Source: an uncultured Acidobacteriota bacterium (GTDB lineage: Bacteria; Acidobacteriota; Terriglobia; UBA7540). Taken from it: 64,000 bases of DNA. A program made the translations under genes and the position numbers. The notes beneath the pieces are model-generated. The model was not told where the DNA came from. It did not search any database and worked only from the letters and a program-made list of their open reading frames with translations. Below are positions 1 to 9,640 of this stretch, piece after piece. Each line of letters opens with the position of its first letter. The stretch's first letter is position 1. The DNA lies in the NCBI GenBank assembly GCA_963804995.1, contig CAWDSK010000006.1, positions 192,001-256,000 on the forward strand, given 5' to 3'.

Positions 1-101
1 ACCTCCAACTCTCCAGCCGCGACGCGCGCGTTCTGGGTGGCGTGCTGGCGCAAGTGGAGTGGAAGCTCGGGATATCCGCAATTCTGAATTCTGAATTCTG
101 A
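1..101 (+). CDS. 3' end of a gene entering the window, possibly a TrmJ-like RNA methyltransferase
   Basis: Frame from nt 3 reads LQLSSRDARVLGGVLAQVEWKLGISAILNSEF*, resembling TrmJ C-terminal helices; only 32 aa visible. Confidence 0.35.
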   Translation, partial: LQLSSRDARVLGGVLAQVEWKLGISAILNSEF

Positions 102-375
102 ATTAGCAGTTATTGGGGATAGCGGCCCTCGCGTAAATCCTCCCAAAGGATCCCTCCTAATCCAGAATTCGAATTTCAGCAACCGATTTATTTCCAACCA
201 CTTAGCTCCGGCAACTCCCGTGTGTTGACGCCTGGGAGAATGCTCAGGCGCTAACCCTGCACGGTCTAGTCTTGACATCCGGCCCCGTTGCCTCAGATAC
301 TAGCGCGACTTGGGGGAAAGCGCGGTGATTCTCAGAGGACTTCAATTCACGACCACATAAAATCCGGGGGCATGA

Positions 376-2100
376 ATGGATGAGCAGCGGGCGGTGAGCC
401 ACCTAAGTTACAGCCATGGGGTTGGAAGCTCACCGCTTATGGGCATGTGCGTGGGAGAATTGCTGGACCGCACGGCCTCCCTCTATCCCGACTGCCCGGC
501 GCTCATTGTCCGCCATCAAAACCGCCGCTACACGTACCGCGAATTCCTGCGCGAGGTCGAGCGCGCTGCGAGGGGACTTCTGCGTTTGGGCGTCGCGAAG
601 GGCGACCGCGTCGGGCTGTGGGCGACGAATTATGCGGAATGGGTCATCACCCAGTTCGCGGTTGCCAAGCTGGGCGCGCTGCTCGTGAATCTCAACCCCG
701 CCTATGGGTCGGTCGAGTTTGAGCAGGCCCTCAAGCAATCCGCCTGCTCGACGCTGCTGATCACCCGGGGCTTCCGGAAACGTGACTACCCTGCCACGCT
801 TTTCGAAATCTGCCCGGAGGCCGCCCATAGCGCGCCGGGGGCTCTCCGAGCCGCCGGGTTCCCTCACCTGCGGAATCTGATCTTCATAGGAGAACGCAGC
901 CAGGCTCCCGCCAGCATGTTGCCTTGGGATGACCTGCTCCAAATGGGCGAGGGCGTACCGGCAGATGCTTTGGCGGCTCGCGCGGCCACGCTCGAGTTCG
1001 ACGACGACATCAACATTCAGTACACCTCCGGCACCACGGGGTCGCCCAAAGGCGCCGTCCTGAGCCATCACAATATTGTGAACAACGGCCTGCTGATCGG
1101 CCACGGCATGCGCTTCACCTGCGAAGACAAGCTGTGCATCCCGGTGCCCTTCTATCACTGCTTCGGGATGGTGCTCGGCAACATGGTGTGCGTGGCCCAC
1201 GGCGCCGCCATGGTGATTCCCGCTGAATACTTCGACGCGCTGGCCACCCTCGAGGCCATTGCCGAGGAGCGTTGCACGGCGGTGCACGGCGTGCCCACCA
1301 TGTTCATCGCTGAGCTCGAGCATGCGCGCTTTCCGGAATTTGATTTGAGCTCGTTGCGCACCGGTATCATGGCCGGATCCCCCTGCCCGATTGATGTCAT
1401 GCGGCGCGTGGTGCGCGAGATGCATTGCCGGGAGTTGACGATTGTCTATGGCCTGACGGAAACCTCTCCGGGCGTGACCCAGACCACTCCCGACGATCCC
1501 CTGGAGTTGCGCGTCACCACCGTGGGCCGCCCCATGCCGCACACCGAAATCAAGATCGTTGATCCCAAAACCGGCAGGATCGTGCCCCGCGGCGTGCCGG
1601 GTGAGCTGTGCGCGCGCGGCTACGCGGTGATGAAGGGCTATTACCGGAACTCTGAGGCAACCGCGAAAACCATCGACGCGGATGGCTGGCTGCGTTCCGG
1701 CGACCTGGCCACCATGGATGAGCATGATTATTGCAAGATCACCGGGCGCTCCAAGGACATGATCATCCGGGGCGGCGAGAATATTTATCCGCGAGATATT
1801 GAAGAGTTTATGTATACGTATCCTGCCATCAGCGAGGTGCAAGTCATCGGTATCCCGGACCGCAAATACGGGGAGCAGGTGATGGCCTGGGTCAAGCTCA
1901 AGCCGGGCGCCACCGCGACCCGGGAGGAGATTCAGGCCTTCTGCAAAGGGCGTATCGCCCACTTCAAAATTCCCCGCTACATCAAATTCGTTGATTCCTT
2001 CCCCATCACCATCAACGGCAAAACCCAGAAATTCAAAATGCGCGAAATCTCCATTCGCGAAATGGGACTCGAAGAAGCCGCCCAAATCGCCACGGCGTGA
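376..2100 (+). CDS. AMP-binding acyl-CoA synthetase (fatty-acid--CoA ligase family)
   Basis: QYTSGTTGSPKG P-loop, YGLTETSP, RSGDLA, GRSKDMIIRGGENIYP motifs; 574 aa. Confidence 0.93.
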   Translation: MDEQRAVSHLSYSHGVGSSPLMGMCVGELLDRTASLYPDCPALIVRHQNRRYTYREFLREVERAARGLLRLGVAKGDRVGLWATNYAEWVITQFAVAKLGALLVNLNPAYGSVEFEQALKQSACSTLLITRGFRKRDYPATLFEICPEAAHSAPGALRAAGFPHLRNLIFIGERSQAPASMLPWDDLLQMGEGVPADALAARAATLEFDDDINIQYTSGTTGSPKGAVLSHHNIVNNGLLIGHGMRFTCEDKLCIPVPFYHCFGMVLGNMVCVAHGAAMVIPAEYFDALATLEAIAEERCTAVHGVPTMFIAELEHARFPEFDLSSLRTGIMAGSPCPIDVMRRVVREMHCRELTIVYGLTETSPGVTQTTPDDPLELRVTTVGRPMPHTEIKIVDPKTGRIVPRGVPGELCARGYAVMKGYYRNSEATAKTIDADGWLRSGDLATMDEHDYCKITGRSKDMIIRGGENIYPRDIEEFMYTYPAISEVQVIGIPDRKYGEQVMAWVKLKPGATATREEIQAFCKGRIAHFKIPRYIKFVDSFPITINGKTQKFKMREISIREMGLEEAAQIATA

Positions 2101-2216
2101 CGGCGGGATCCCCGCTTGCCCGGCAATGACTGGAGGTACATATCGCGCGCGCAAATTAACCTCATCTTCGCCGTCCCCTCAGTCGATTATGTTAAGATGG
2201 GGGTCCGGGTTTCACT

Positions 2217-3767
2217 ATGCATTTGACACATTTACGTTCACGGGTCGTTTCGCTCGTATTCATTAGTGTGGTTGCAGGATCATCCTTGCGTGCCGCCCGC
2301 GCGGCCGCAGGCCCTCAATCTCCCGACGTGCCAGGCAGCCGGAGCGTGGGCTCTTCGCGCCCTGCCCAGAACCCTGGCCCGCATGCCCCGCAGGCGAAGT
2401 TCGCGGGAGCGGTCAACGCCAACCCGCGGTCGGACAAGACGACGCAGCCCGCCACAGTGCCTCAACCCCTGGCGCCCTTTGTCCCGCCCCCAGGCACCAA
2501 GACGCTTCCCTATGTGGTGAAGCGCGGCGAGAGTGTGACCTCCATCGCCTCGCACTATCTTCCTGAGAGCGTCTACATGCGGCGCGGCGAACTGGAGAAT
2601 GCCATCCGGCAGGCGAACGGGCTGAGCGCCGGCTCGCCGAAACCCGGCACTGAAATTCAAATTCCGGGCATTCCCTTGCAGCCGATCCTCGACAAGCCGG
2701 TGCTTGTGCCCAAGGATTTCCAGGCACGCGGCGTCTACCTGACGGCCTGGACGGCGGGCAGCTCTTCGGGTCTCGAATTGATTAAGCACTGGAAAGAGGC
2801 GGGGGGCACGGCGGTGGTCTTTGACGTCAAGGACTATGACGGCGAACTCCACATGCCTTTTGAACACCCCTACGCTACTCATGGCAACATCTCGATTCGC
2901 AGTCTGCCCAAGCTCATCCATTACATTCACTCGTTCCAGTTGCACGCCATCGCCCGCATCGCCATGTTCCGCGACGCTGACCTGGCCCAGAACCATCCCG
3001 AGCTTGCCATCCACTCCCGCTCGACCGGCAAGCCCTGGCTTGAAGACGGCAAGCTGGCCTGGGTGGATCCTTCCAACCCTGCCGTGCAGCAATACGATCT
3101 GGATTTGGCCCGTATGGCGGCCGGCGCCGGGGCGGACGAAATCCAGTTCGACTATGTGCGATTTCCGGCGGAGGGTGACCAAGCGGACGCGCTCTTTGCC
3201 TATCAAAAGGAACACCCGGACTGGCCGCGCACTAAAATCATTACCGACTTCGTCGCCCACGCTTACAACACCCTGCATCCCATGGGCGTGCTGTTCTCGA
3301 TCGACGTTTTCGGCGTCATGGCTTGGGGACGCCCGGTTGACCTGCGCCTCACGGGCCAGGACATCCCTGAACTCGCGCGCCACTGCGACGTGCTCTCGCC
3401 TATGATTTATCCCTCGCACTTCTTCGGCTTTGACGGGTATACCGTACCCGGTGATGCACCCGAACATTTCATCTCTGAATCCATGGCGCGCTTTGAAGAA
3501 GCCACCAAGGGCAGCGGAGTTGTGCTGCGTCCCTGGCTTCAGGCCTTTGCATGGCATACCAAAAGTTACTCCCCTGACTACATCCTGATCCAGGTTCGCG
3601 TGGCCAAGGAGCAAGGTGGCGTGGGATTCCTCTTCTGGAATGCGCGCAACGACTACTCGAAGCCCTTTGCCGCCATGCCGGAAATAGGCCTGAACGCCAG
3701 CCGCAAACCCACAGCAGACACGGGGAATCCCAAACCGCACGAAGAAACAGTGGAACCCCCGCGCTGA
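2217..3767 (+). CDS. Secreted LysM + putative glycoside hydrolase (DUF4015-like) protein
   Basis: Signal peptide, Pro-rich linker, LysM-like YVVKRGESVTSIA..., catalytic-like DEIQFDYVRFP, SPMIYPSH and RPWLQAF motifs. Confidence 0.8.
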   Translation: MHLTHLRSRVVSLVFISVVAGSSLRAARAAAGPQSPDVPGSRSVGSSRPAQNPGPHAPQAKFAGAVNANPRSDKTTQPATVPQPLAPFVPPPGTKTLPYVVKRGESVTSIASHYLPESVYMRRGELENAIRQANGLSAGSPKPGTEIQIPGIPLQPILDKPVLVPKDFQARGVYLTAWTAGSSSGLELIKHWKEAGGTAVVFDVKDYDGELHMPFEHPYATHGNISIRSLPKLIHYIHSFQLHAIARIAMFRDADLAQNHPELAIHSRSTGKPWLEDGKLAWVDPSNPAVQQYDLDLARMAAGAGADEIQFDYVRFPAEGDQADALFAYQKEHPDWPRTKIITDFVAHAYNTLHPMGVLFSIDVFGVMAWGRPVDLRLTGQDIPELARHCDVLSPMIYPSHFFGFDGYTVPGDAPEHFISESMARFEEATKGSGVVLRPWLQAFAWHTKSYSPDYILIQVRVAKEQGGVGFLFWNARNDYSKPFAAMPEIGLNASRKPTADTGNPKPHEETVEPPR

Positions 3768-3845
3768 CCAGCGCGTCCTGTGCAGCTTCAACCCGGGCAC
3801 GTTAGCCCCCCGAGTTGCGCCCTCCAGCCCACGGACAATCGGTTC

Positions 3846-4101
3846 ATTTGTGAATGGCGATTGGTGATTGGCGATTTTCGAAGTCAGCGTTTGATTCATC
3901 TTCCTACCTGATACCGCCGATTACCAATAAAGGGGAGTGCGTCATGGGCGGGGGGCTGGGAATCGGGAGATCGGTTGATCTGGCGATCGGGTGATCGGCT
4001 GATTTGCGAATGGTGATTGGCGATCTTCGAAGTCAGCATTTGATTCATCTTCTTCCCTGGCACTGCCGATAACCGATGCGGGGAAGTGTCATGGGCGGGG
4101 G
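3846..4101. repeat. Imperfect ~100-bp direct duplication with 7/8-mer microsatellites
   Basis: GGTGATTGGCGAT..TCGAAGTCAGC.TTTGATTCATCTTC...GTCATGGGCGGGGG at ~3846-3955 and ~4001-4101, with ATCGGNNG octamers between the copies. Confidence 0.7.
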
Positions 4102-5227
4102 ATATTCGGGCAGAGCGGTTAGCGGGTCGCCGCGGGACTTCGGGCCCGTCGCGATCTTCTGTTGCCGTGGTGACAGCCGGCAACTGAGACAGGGGGCTGC
4201 GGCGGGTGGGTTGGGGTGGCGGGCCTCACCACCTTTGACTGCGCGTCCAACGCCTTTCCTACCTTCCGGCTTCGTCCCAATCATCGCGTCACGCGTTTCT
4301 TTCAGCCCGCTACTCGAGGGGGTTCTTTCGTCTCCCCATTTGAACGCAGCGCCGCGAGCTTGGTGGCTCATTGCTGGCTGGAAGGCGACGCTTGGTTCGA
4401 ATGGTGACGGCTTGGTCCATTTTTCTTCCCATTTTCTTCACTAACTACCTTTCTTTTCATAAACATCGTGGAAAAACAACCATAACTTACTTGTTTTCAT
4501 CAACATCGCTAGACTTGCCAAATTGTCGCTTTTGTTTTCCTTTGTTTTCATACACATCGTCAGACTATCCTGATCGAAATTATTTTCGCTATTTTTCCTA
4601 CCCGCAGTAAATGCAACTCATTTTATTTCAACTAGATAGGTTTTTGCTAAAAAACCCTCTTCACGCCTAACCCCCTTTATTTTCATGAACATCTTCACAA
4701 ACAGCGGGCGCGGGGTGCCGAAAAACGGAAGAACTTCAGCCGCGTCTTGGCACGGCGCTGCGCTCCCCCCAGAGTTGCTCCGTGACCTCTGGGTGAAAGC
4801 TCGTCGGGACGCAGAGGACACAGAGAAACATTTGCCAAGAAAACCAGCCTTCACGGCAGGGCATAGCAGATTCCCGATCTTGGGGTCTGCGGTTCTTCGA
4901 GTGCTGTCTGGACACATCATAGCGCTACGCTTCCTTACCTCTATTGTGCTCTTAATCTAGTGGGTTATGTCAATAGGATAAACAGACGTTTGGGCTACCG
5001 GTAGCCCAAAAATGCAAGGCGAGCGACCGATTGTCCGAATATGGTCCGAGAAGGAGCGTATGCGCAACCCATCATGTCTTGTAATGGCGGGGCTTACCCT
5101 GCAGGGCCCCGCCCGGGCGGAGGACAGGCACGAGGCCTGCCCCTACGTCATCTTCAGCTCTTGCAACTGGGTTGTGGACGATATGATTCCGTCAGGGAGA
5201 ATCCATTCGCGGGGGAGAGGAGTAAAC

Positions 5228-5998
5228 CTAACTTGCTTCTTTCTTCGGGGTCCAGTAAACCTCTTCGCGGATAAAGTCTTTCTGAAACCCCTGGCGGCGC
5301 AGGATGCCTTTGGAGTTTTCGATCATCTGCGGGTGGCCGCAGAGATAGACAGTGGTGTTGTGGGGTGCGAGTCCGAGTTGGTCCGTGTACTTGCGCAGGA
5401 CATCCTCGATCCTGCCGACTTCCCCCTTCCATTCCGGGTCCTCCCACGGCCGGCTGATGATAGGGATATAAGTCAGCCAGGGAAAGTCGTGCGCGAGGAC
5501 TTCCAACTCCTCCCGGTAGGCAAATTCCCAGGATCGGCTGGCGGCATGGAGCATGACCAGCCGGGCCTCGAGCGGGTGTCCCTGACGTGCCTCTTGCGCC
5601 AGGGTACGCACCATGCTGATGTAAGGAGCGACTCCGGTGACGGTGCAGATCAGGAAATGCTGCTTGCGCGTGCCCTTACCGTTGAGGGTAAACGTCCCCT
5701 TGGCTTGATGCCGCATCAGGAGCACGTCGCCCACTTGCCGGTGGTAAAGCGGGGGAGTCAGCCGGCCTTTCGACATGAGCTCAAAAAAGAACTCCACTTC
5801 GGCCTCGTGGGGACTGGAGCAGATGGAGTACGACCGCTCGACTACTCTGCCCTCCTCCTCAATCCCCAGGGTGGCGTACTGGCCGGGTTTGAAGTGGAAC
5901 GGGTGCTCCGGGCGCACCCGGATAGACCATAAATCTTCCGTATGATCTTTTCGAAAGATTATTTTTGCCTTCTGGAATTTCTCTAGCGAGACGGTCAT
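5228..5998 (-). CDS. fpr: Ferredoxin--NADP+ reductase
   Basis: FKPGQY, RSYSICS FAD motif, TVTGVAPY, YLCGHPQMI, C-terminal EVYW. Confidence 0.9.
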   Translation of the reverse strand: MTVSLEKFQKAKIIFRKDHTEDLWSIRVRPEHPFHFKPGQYATLGIEEEGRVVERSYSICSSPHEAEVEFFFELMSKGRLTPPLYHRQVGDVLLMRHQAKGTFTLNGKGTRKQHFLICTVTGVAPYISMVRTLAQEARQGHPLEARLVMLHAASRSWEFAYREELEVLAHDFPWLTYIPIISRPWEDPEWKGEVGRIEDVLRKYTDQLGLAPHNTTVYLCGHPQMIENSKGILRRQGFQKDFIREEVYWTPKKEAS

Positions 5999-6180
5999 GG
6001 AATCTTGCCTTGCTCCCTTGGATCGATTGCAGGATACGACGCAGACTATCCCCCGGCGGTCTAGACATCAGACCGCGCATGCATTGCTAACCGCATCGGG
6101 ATGGATGGCCCACCCCTCCAGAATCTCAGAACTCGGGGCGTGGGTCAACTGTTGCGAGAACTGGAGGTGGGTTAGGTTGG

Positions 6181-6230
6181 TGTAGCGGCGCTCTCTGAGC
6201 GCCGACCGGCGGTCAGAGACCGCCGCTACA
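6181..6230. repeat. GTAG-type REP doublet
   Basis: TGTAGCGGCG...CGCCGCTACA outer palindrome with two internal hairpins. Confidence 0.7.
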
Positions 6231-6313
6231 AAAATGCCAAACTAACCCACTCCCAGGAGAACGGGCGGCGGAGCCTTCACAGCAAAACCGTGGGCCGGTG
6301 AGGCTCCCCGGCA

Positions 6314-6790
6314 TCAATGGGTCATCGCGCCGGAGGAAATCATGCGGAATTGCGAGACCGCCAACATTCCGATCCAGATCAAGCTGACCACGATGGCAAC
6401 GGTAAAGGTTTTGCCTGTAAACTTCTCCGTCACCTGTTTCCGCCAAGCGCGCGCCGATGCGACAATCAGCAGCAGGCCCGCGAGGATGGCGAAGCCGTGC
6501 AGCGGCGTGTCGTACTGCGCCGAGGGCTTGCCTGCAAAAAAGGTGAGCATGACTCCCAGGTCATGGAAAAACCCGCCGGTCAGCATGCTGAAAATAATCC
6601 AGAGAATGGGCGCGATCATGCCCAACATGTACGGAAACTTGTCCTCGCCGAAGAAGACCATAACGGCGATGACAACAAAGATGGTGGAAGTCAGGAGCTG
6701 ATAAGCGAAGAACTCGGGCATAGTAAAGGCACTGGCAACGACGAGAACCAAAGTCAGGAAGGCTGCAAGAAACACCCATCGGTCAGGCAT
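6314..6790 (-). CDS. Hypothetical integral membrane protein (~5 TM)
   Basis: 158 aa with multiple hydrophobic helices; AAGGAG RBS upstream. Confidence 0.75.
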   Translation of the reverse strand: MPDRWVFLAAFLTLVLVVASAFTMPEFFAYQLLTSTIFVVIAVMVFFGEDKFPYMLGMIAPILWIIFSMLTGGFFHDLGVMLTFFAGKPSAQYDTPLHGFAILAGLLLIVASARAWRKQVTEKFTGKTFTVAIVVSLIWIGMLAVSQFRMISSGAMTH

Positions 6791-6997
6791 ATTCGCACTC
6801 CTTAGTAAGCGCTCAAGTCAAACATTCCTTCCGCCTCCACACCGGGTCCGCGGAAAAAAACGTACGGCAACCGCGCACTCCGGAGCGAGAGCAGTAAGGA
6901 GCTTCCTCAGATTAAGGGTCCGGCATTGAGTCTGACTACCGTCAGCCGGCGGAAGTATACCACACGCGGTCAACGTGGGAGGGTCAAAGGAAACGGC

Positions 6998-7107
6998 GGT
7001 AGTGTCTCAGTTTGATGTAGAGGCGGCGGCATTCATCCCGATCTGATCGGGACGCCGCCATATGGCGAGGTAAACTCGCCGCTACATGATCAAACTGAGA
7101 CACCACC
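6998..7107. repeat. Composite REP/MITE-like element with 19-bp terminal inverted repeats
   Basis: GGTAGTGTCTCAGTTTGAT (6998-7016) / ATCAAACTGAGACACCACC (7089-7107) enclose a REP doublet also found at 41012-41082. Confidence 0.8.
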
Positions 7108-7217
7108 GAAACGGCAGGTTAGCGGGACATTTGGCGTGGAAGGCAGCGGCATAGAGGCTAAGGCCACAGCACACACTTCCTTTTCGGAATTCACAACTTG
7201 GGGTAAACTCAAGACGC

Positions 7218-7294
7218 GCGCCTGTAGCTCAGATGGATAGAGCGGCAGACTTCGAATCTGTAGGTCGGGAGTTCGAGCCTCCCCAGGCGCGCCA
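7218..7294 (+). tRNA. tRNA-Arg (anticodon UCG)
   Basis: Cloverleaf: GCGCCTG/CAGGCGC acceptor stem, CT-TCG-AA anticodon loop, GTTCGAG T-loop, encoded CCA. Confidence 0.95.
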
Positions 7295-7399
7295 GCTAAC
7301 CCTTGGCTTCAGTTATAGTTAGAGCCTGGCATCCCACCCCACCCCCAGCGCTCGGTTCATCGCACTGACCACCGTCCGTGACCAATTCCTGCCATTTGT

Positions 7400-9553
7400 T
7401 CACACTCCGCTCTTCAAATCTCGCACCGCGGCGCGCACCTTGGGAATCAGTGCGCCGTAATCCTGGGGGGAAGCCTTCTCGAGGAACTGCTGGTAATAGC
7501 GCAGCGCCAAGTCCTTGTTGCCGGCCTTGTCAAAGAGCACGCCGAGGTTCATGAGCGGCTCGACCTCTTCCGGGTCAACCTCGATAGCCTTTTCGAAATC
7601 CCGCCGAGCCGCATCAGCGTCACCGCGCTGAATAGCCACAAGTCCCAAACCATTGTACGCCGCGGAGTAGCGGTCGTCCTGGACGGTGATGCTTTTGAAG
7701 GTTCTTTCCGCATCCTCAACCCGCCCGAGTTGCAGGAGCGCGGTGCCGAGGTTGCGCAGGTTGTCGAGGTCAGTGGGATTAATCCGGCTCGCCCCTTCCA
7801 TGGCCTCGGCGCCCTTGGGGAGATCGCCCATCCGCAGGTAGGCTTTGCCCAATCGCGAAAGGAGATCGTCCGTGGCGACTCCAATGTCGATGGCGCCGCG
7901 GTAAGTTGCGATGGCACGCGGCCAGTCGCGCATCCGCTCGTACGCCCGCCCCAGATAGAGGCGTGCCAGGGGATTGGCCGGGTCGGCAGGGATGGCTGCC
8001 TCCATCACGCGCGCTGCCTGGGCATACGCCTGCGCCTTCATGGCGCGATCATACTGCTGCATGGCGAGCAGGATGGAAACGCGGTCCTTGGGATCCGCAG
8101 CGTTGCCATTGAGGACAATCTCTCGCGGCGTGCCGGCGCTGACGTAGCCCAGCGACTCGAGCTCTTGCCGGGTCTCTTTGTTGAGAGGAACGTAAGTGAC
8201 TTTCTGATCTTGCGAGGGGGGGCCGATAACTTCCCATATCTTCCTCTGTAAGTGGTCAGCCTCAACGGGGTGGTGGGCGATGACGTTTTCCTTTTCACCC
8301 GGATCACGCTCCAAATCGTAAAGTTCGGGGTGAGGAGCGAGGACAAACTTCCACTTGTCAGTGCGCATGCCCCGCAGCTCAGACCAGTTCATGTAGGTGC
8401 GCGGATACAGAGTCTCGATGTAAGCGTAATTCGAACCCTTGCCCACGGCGGGTTGGCCATGCTCGATAAGCGGCCAGAGGGTCACTCCCTGGGCCGCCGG
8501 GTTGGGAGCGAGTCGCAGAAACTCCGCCGTCGTGGGGAGCAAGTCGATAGAACGGACTTGCGGCTCAATTACCAGGCCAGCCGGGACCCCGGGGCCGGCA
8601 ACGATCAAGGGCACGTGCAGGGTGTCATCGTAAATGAAGATGCCATGGGTCGCCTCGCCATGATCATTCAGGCCCTCGCCATGATCTCCAATAACGATCA
8701 CCAACGTCCGCTCGCGCAAATTCTGCTGGGCCAGGAAATCGAATAGGCGGCCGACCTGCCCGTCGGTGTAGGCAATCTCGCCCGAGTAGGGATCGTTCGC
8801 GTACTGGTGCTTGTAAGGCTCAGGTGGGTCGTAGGGCTCATGCGCGTCGTAGTAGTGAACCCAGAGGAAAAAATTCTCGTGACCGTGCTGTTTCAGCCAG
8901 TCGAGCGCGTGGTCGGTGGTGACTTGCGCGCGGCGCTCAGGGAAGACCCCCGGCAACTGGCCTTCCGCGCCTCGCGTGGGCATCTGGTCGTCATAAACGT
9001 CGAATCCCTGCTGAAGCCCAAAGTGGCGCCCCACGGCCTTCGAGCCCACAAACGCTGCAGTAAGGAAGCCTGCCTGTTTCGCCATGGTGGCCAGCGTCAC
9101 GTGGCGCGGATCGAGCACGAAACCGCCCATGTCGCGCAGGCCGTGAACTTCCGGGTAGGTCCCCGTAAACATACAGGCGTGGGAAGGAAGCGTGAGCGGG
9201 ATCTGCGCGGTGGCATGTGCGAAGCGTGCGCCGCGCGCCGCCAGCGCGTCCAGGTTGGGAGTCTTTGCGCTTCTGAAACCGTTCTTAAGAGGCGATGCCC
9301 TCATCGCCGCCCCGGGAGCAGAGGGCGTGGCTGCAGACGCTGAGGCGTAACAACTCAAGTGGTCGGCCCGTGTGGTGTCAAGCGTGATAAAGAGCACGCT
9401 CGCGTCCCGGGGCCTTACCTGAACCGTCTCCTGCCTGGTCGTTCGCCCGCAGCCACAGAAGGCCAAACTCAGAATCAGCAGCGCCGCGACCCCAAGAATC
9501 CGAGGAGCCGTGCGGAAAGCTGTCGACTTTCGAGTCGTCTTACACATCGCCAT
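7400..9553 (-). CDS. Sulfatase-like hydrolase with C-terminal TPR repeats (probable lipoprotein)
   Basis: ITLDTTRADH, PLTLPSHA, HYYDAHEPY and GDHGE motifs; TPR helices at C-terminus; LAFCGC lipobox-like. Confidence 0.88.
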   Translation of the reverse strand: MAMCKTTRKSTAFRTAPRILGVAALLILSLAFCGCGRTTRQETVQVRPRDASVLFITLDTTRADHLSCYASASAATPSAPGAAMRASPLKNGFRSAKTPNLDALAARGARFAHATAQIPLTLPSHACMFTGTYPEVHGLRDMGGFVLDPRHVTLATMAKQAGFLTAAFVGSKAVGRHFGLQQGFDVYDDQMPTRGAEGQLPGVFPERRAQVTTDHALDWLKQHGHENFFLWVHYYDAHEPYDPPEPYKHQYANDPYSGEIAYTDGQVGRLFDFLAQQNLRERTLVIVIGDHGEGLNDHGEATHGIFIYDDTLHVPLIVAGPGVPAGLVIEPQVRSIDLLPTTAEFLRLAPNPAAQGVTLWPLIEHGQPAVGKGSNYAYIETLYPRTYMNWSELRGMRTDKWKFVLAPHPELYDLERDPGEKENVIAHHPVEADHLQRKIWEVIGPPSQDQKVTYVPLNKETRQELESLGYVSAGTPREIVLNGNAADPKDRVSILLAMQQYDRAMKAQAYAQAARVMEAAIPADPANPLARLYLGRAYERMRDWPRAIATYRGAIDIGVATDDLLSRLGKAYLRMGDLPKGAEAMEGASRINPTDLDNLRNLGTALLQLGRVEDAERTFKSITVQDDRYSAAYNGLGLVAIQRGDADAARRDFEKAIEVDPEEVEPLMNLGVLFDKAGNKDLALRYYQQFLEKASPQDYGALIPKVRAAVRDLKSGV

Positions 9554-9573
9554 GACTCTACCTCATCCCGCGG

Positions 9574-9605
9574 AAAAAAGCGCGGCCCGCCGCAGGGCGG
9601 GCCGC
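9574..9605 (-). terminator. Rho-independent terminator after the TonB-dependent receptor
   Basis: Minus strand GCGGCCCGCC-CTGC-GGCGGGCCGC followed by GCTTTTTT. Confidence 0.75.
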
Positions 9606-9640
9606 AACCACCAAGAAGGAGCGTTCCTATAGCCCCTTCG

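Noticed and set aside
430..3899. Long antisense ORFs (e.g. 430-2154, 2280-3899; also 36865-38082 and 43954-44916)
   Set aside because: Shadow frames of real genes in GC-rich DNA, with no recognisable motifs
4445..4700. CRISPR array
   Set aside because: Repeats are short and degenerate, spacing is irregular, and no cas genes are in the window
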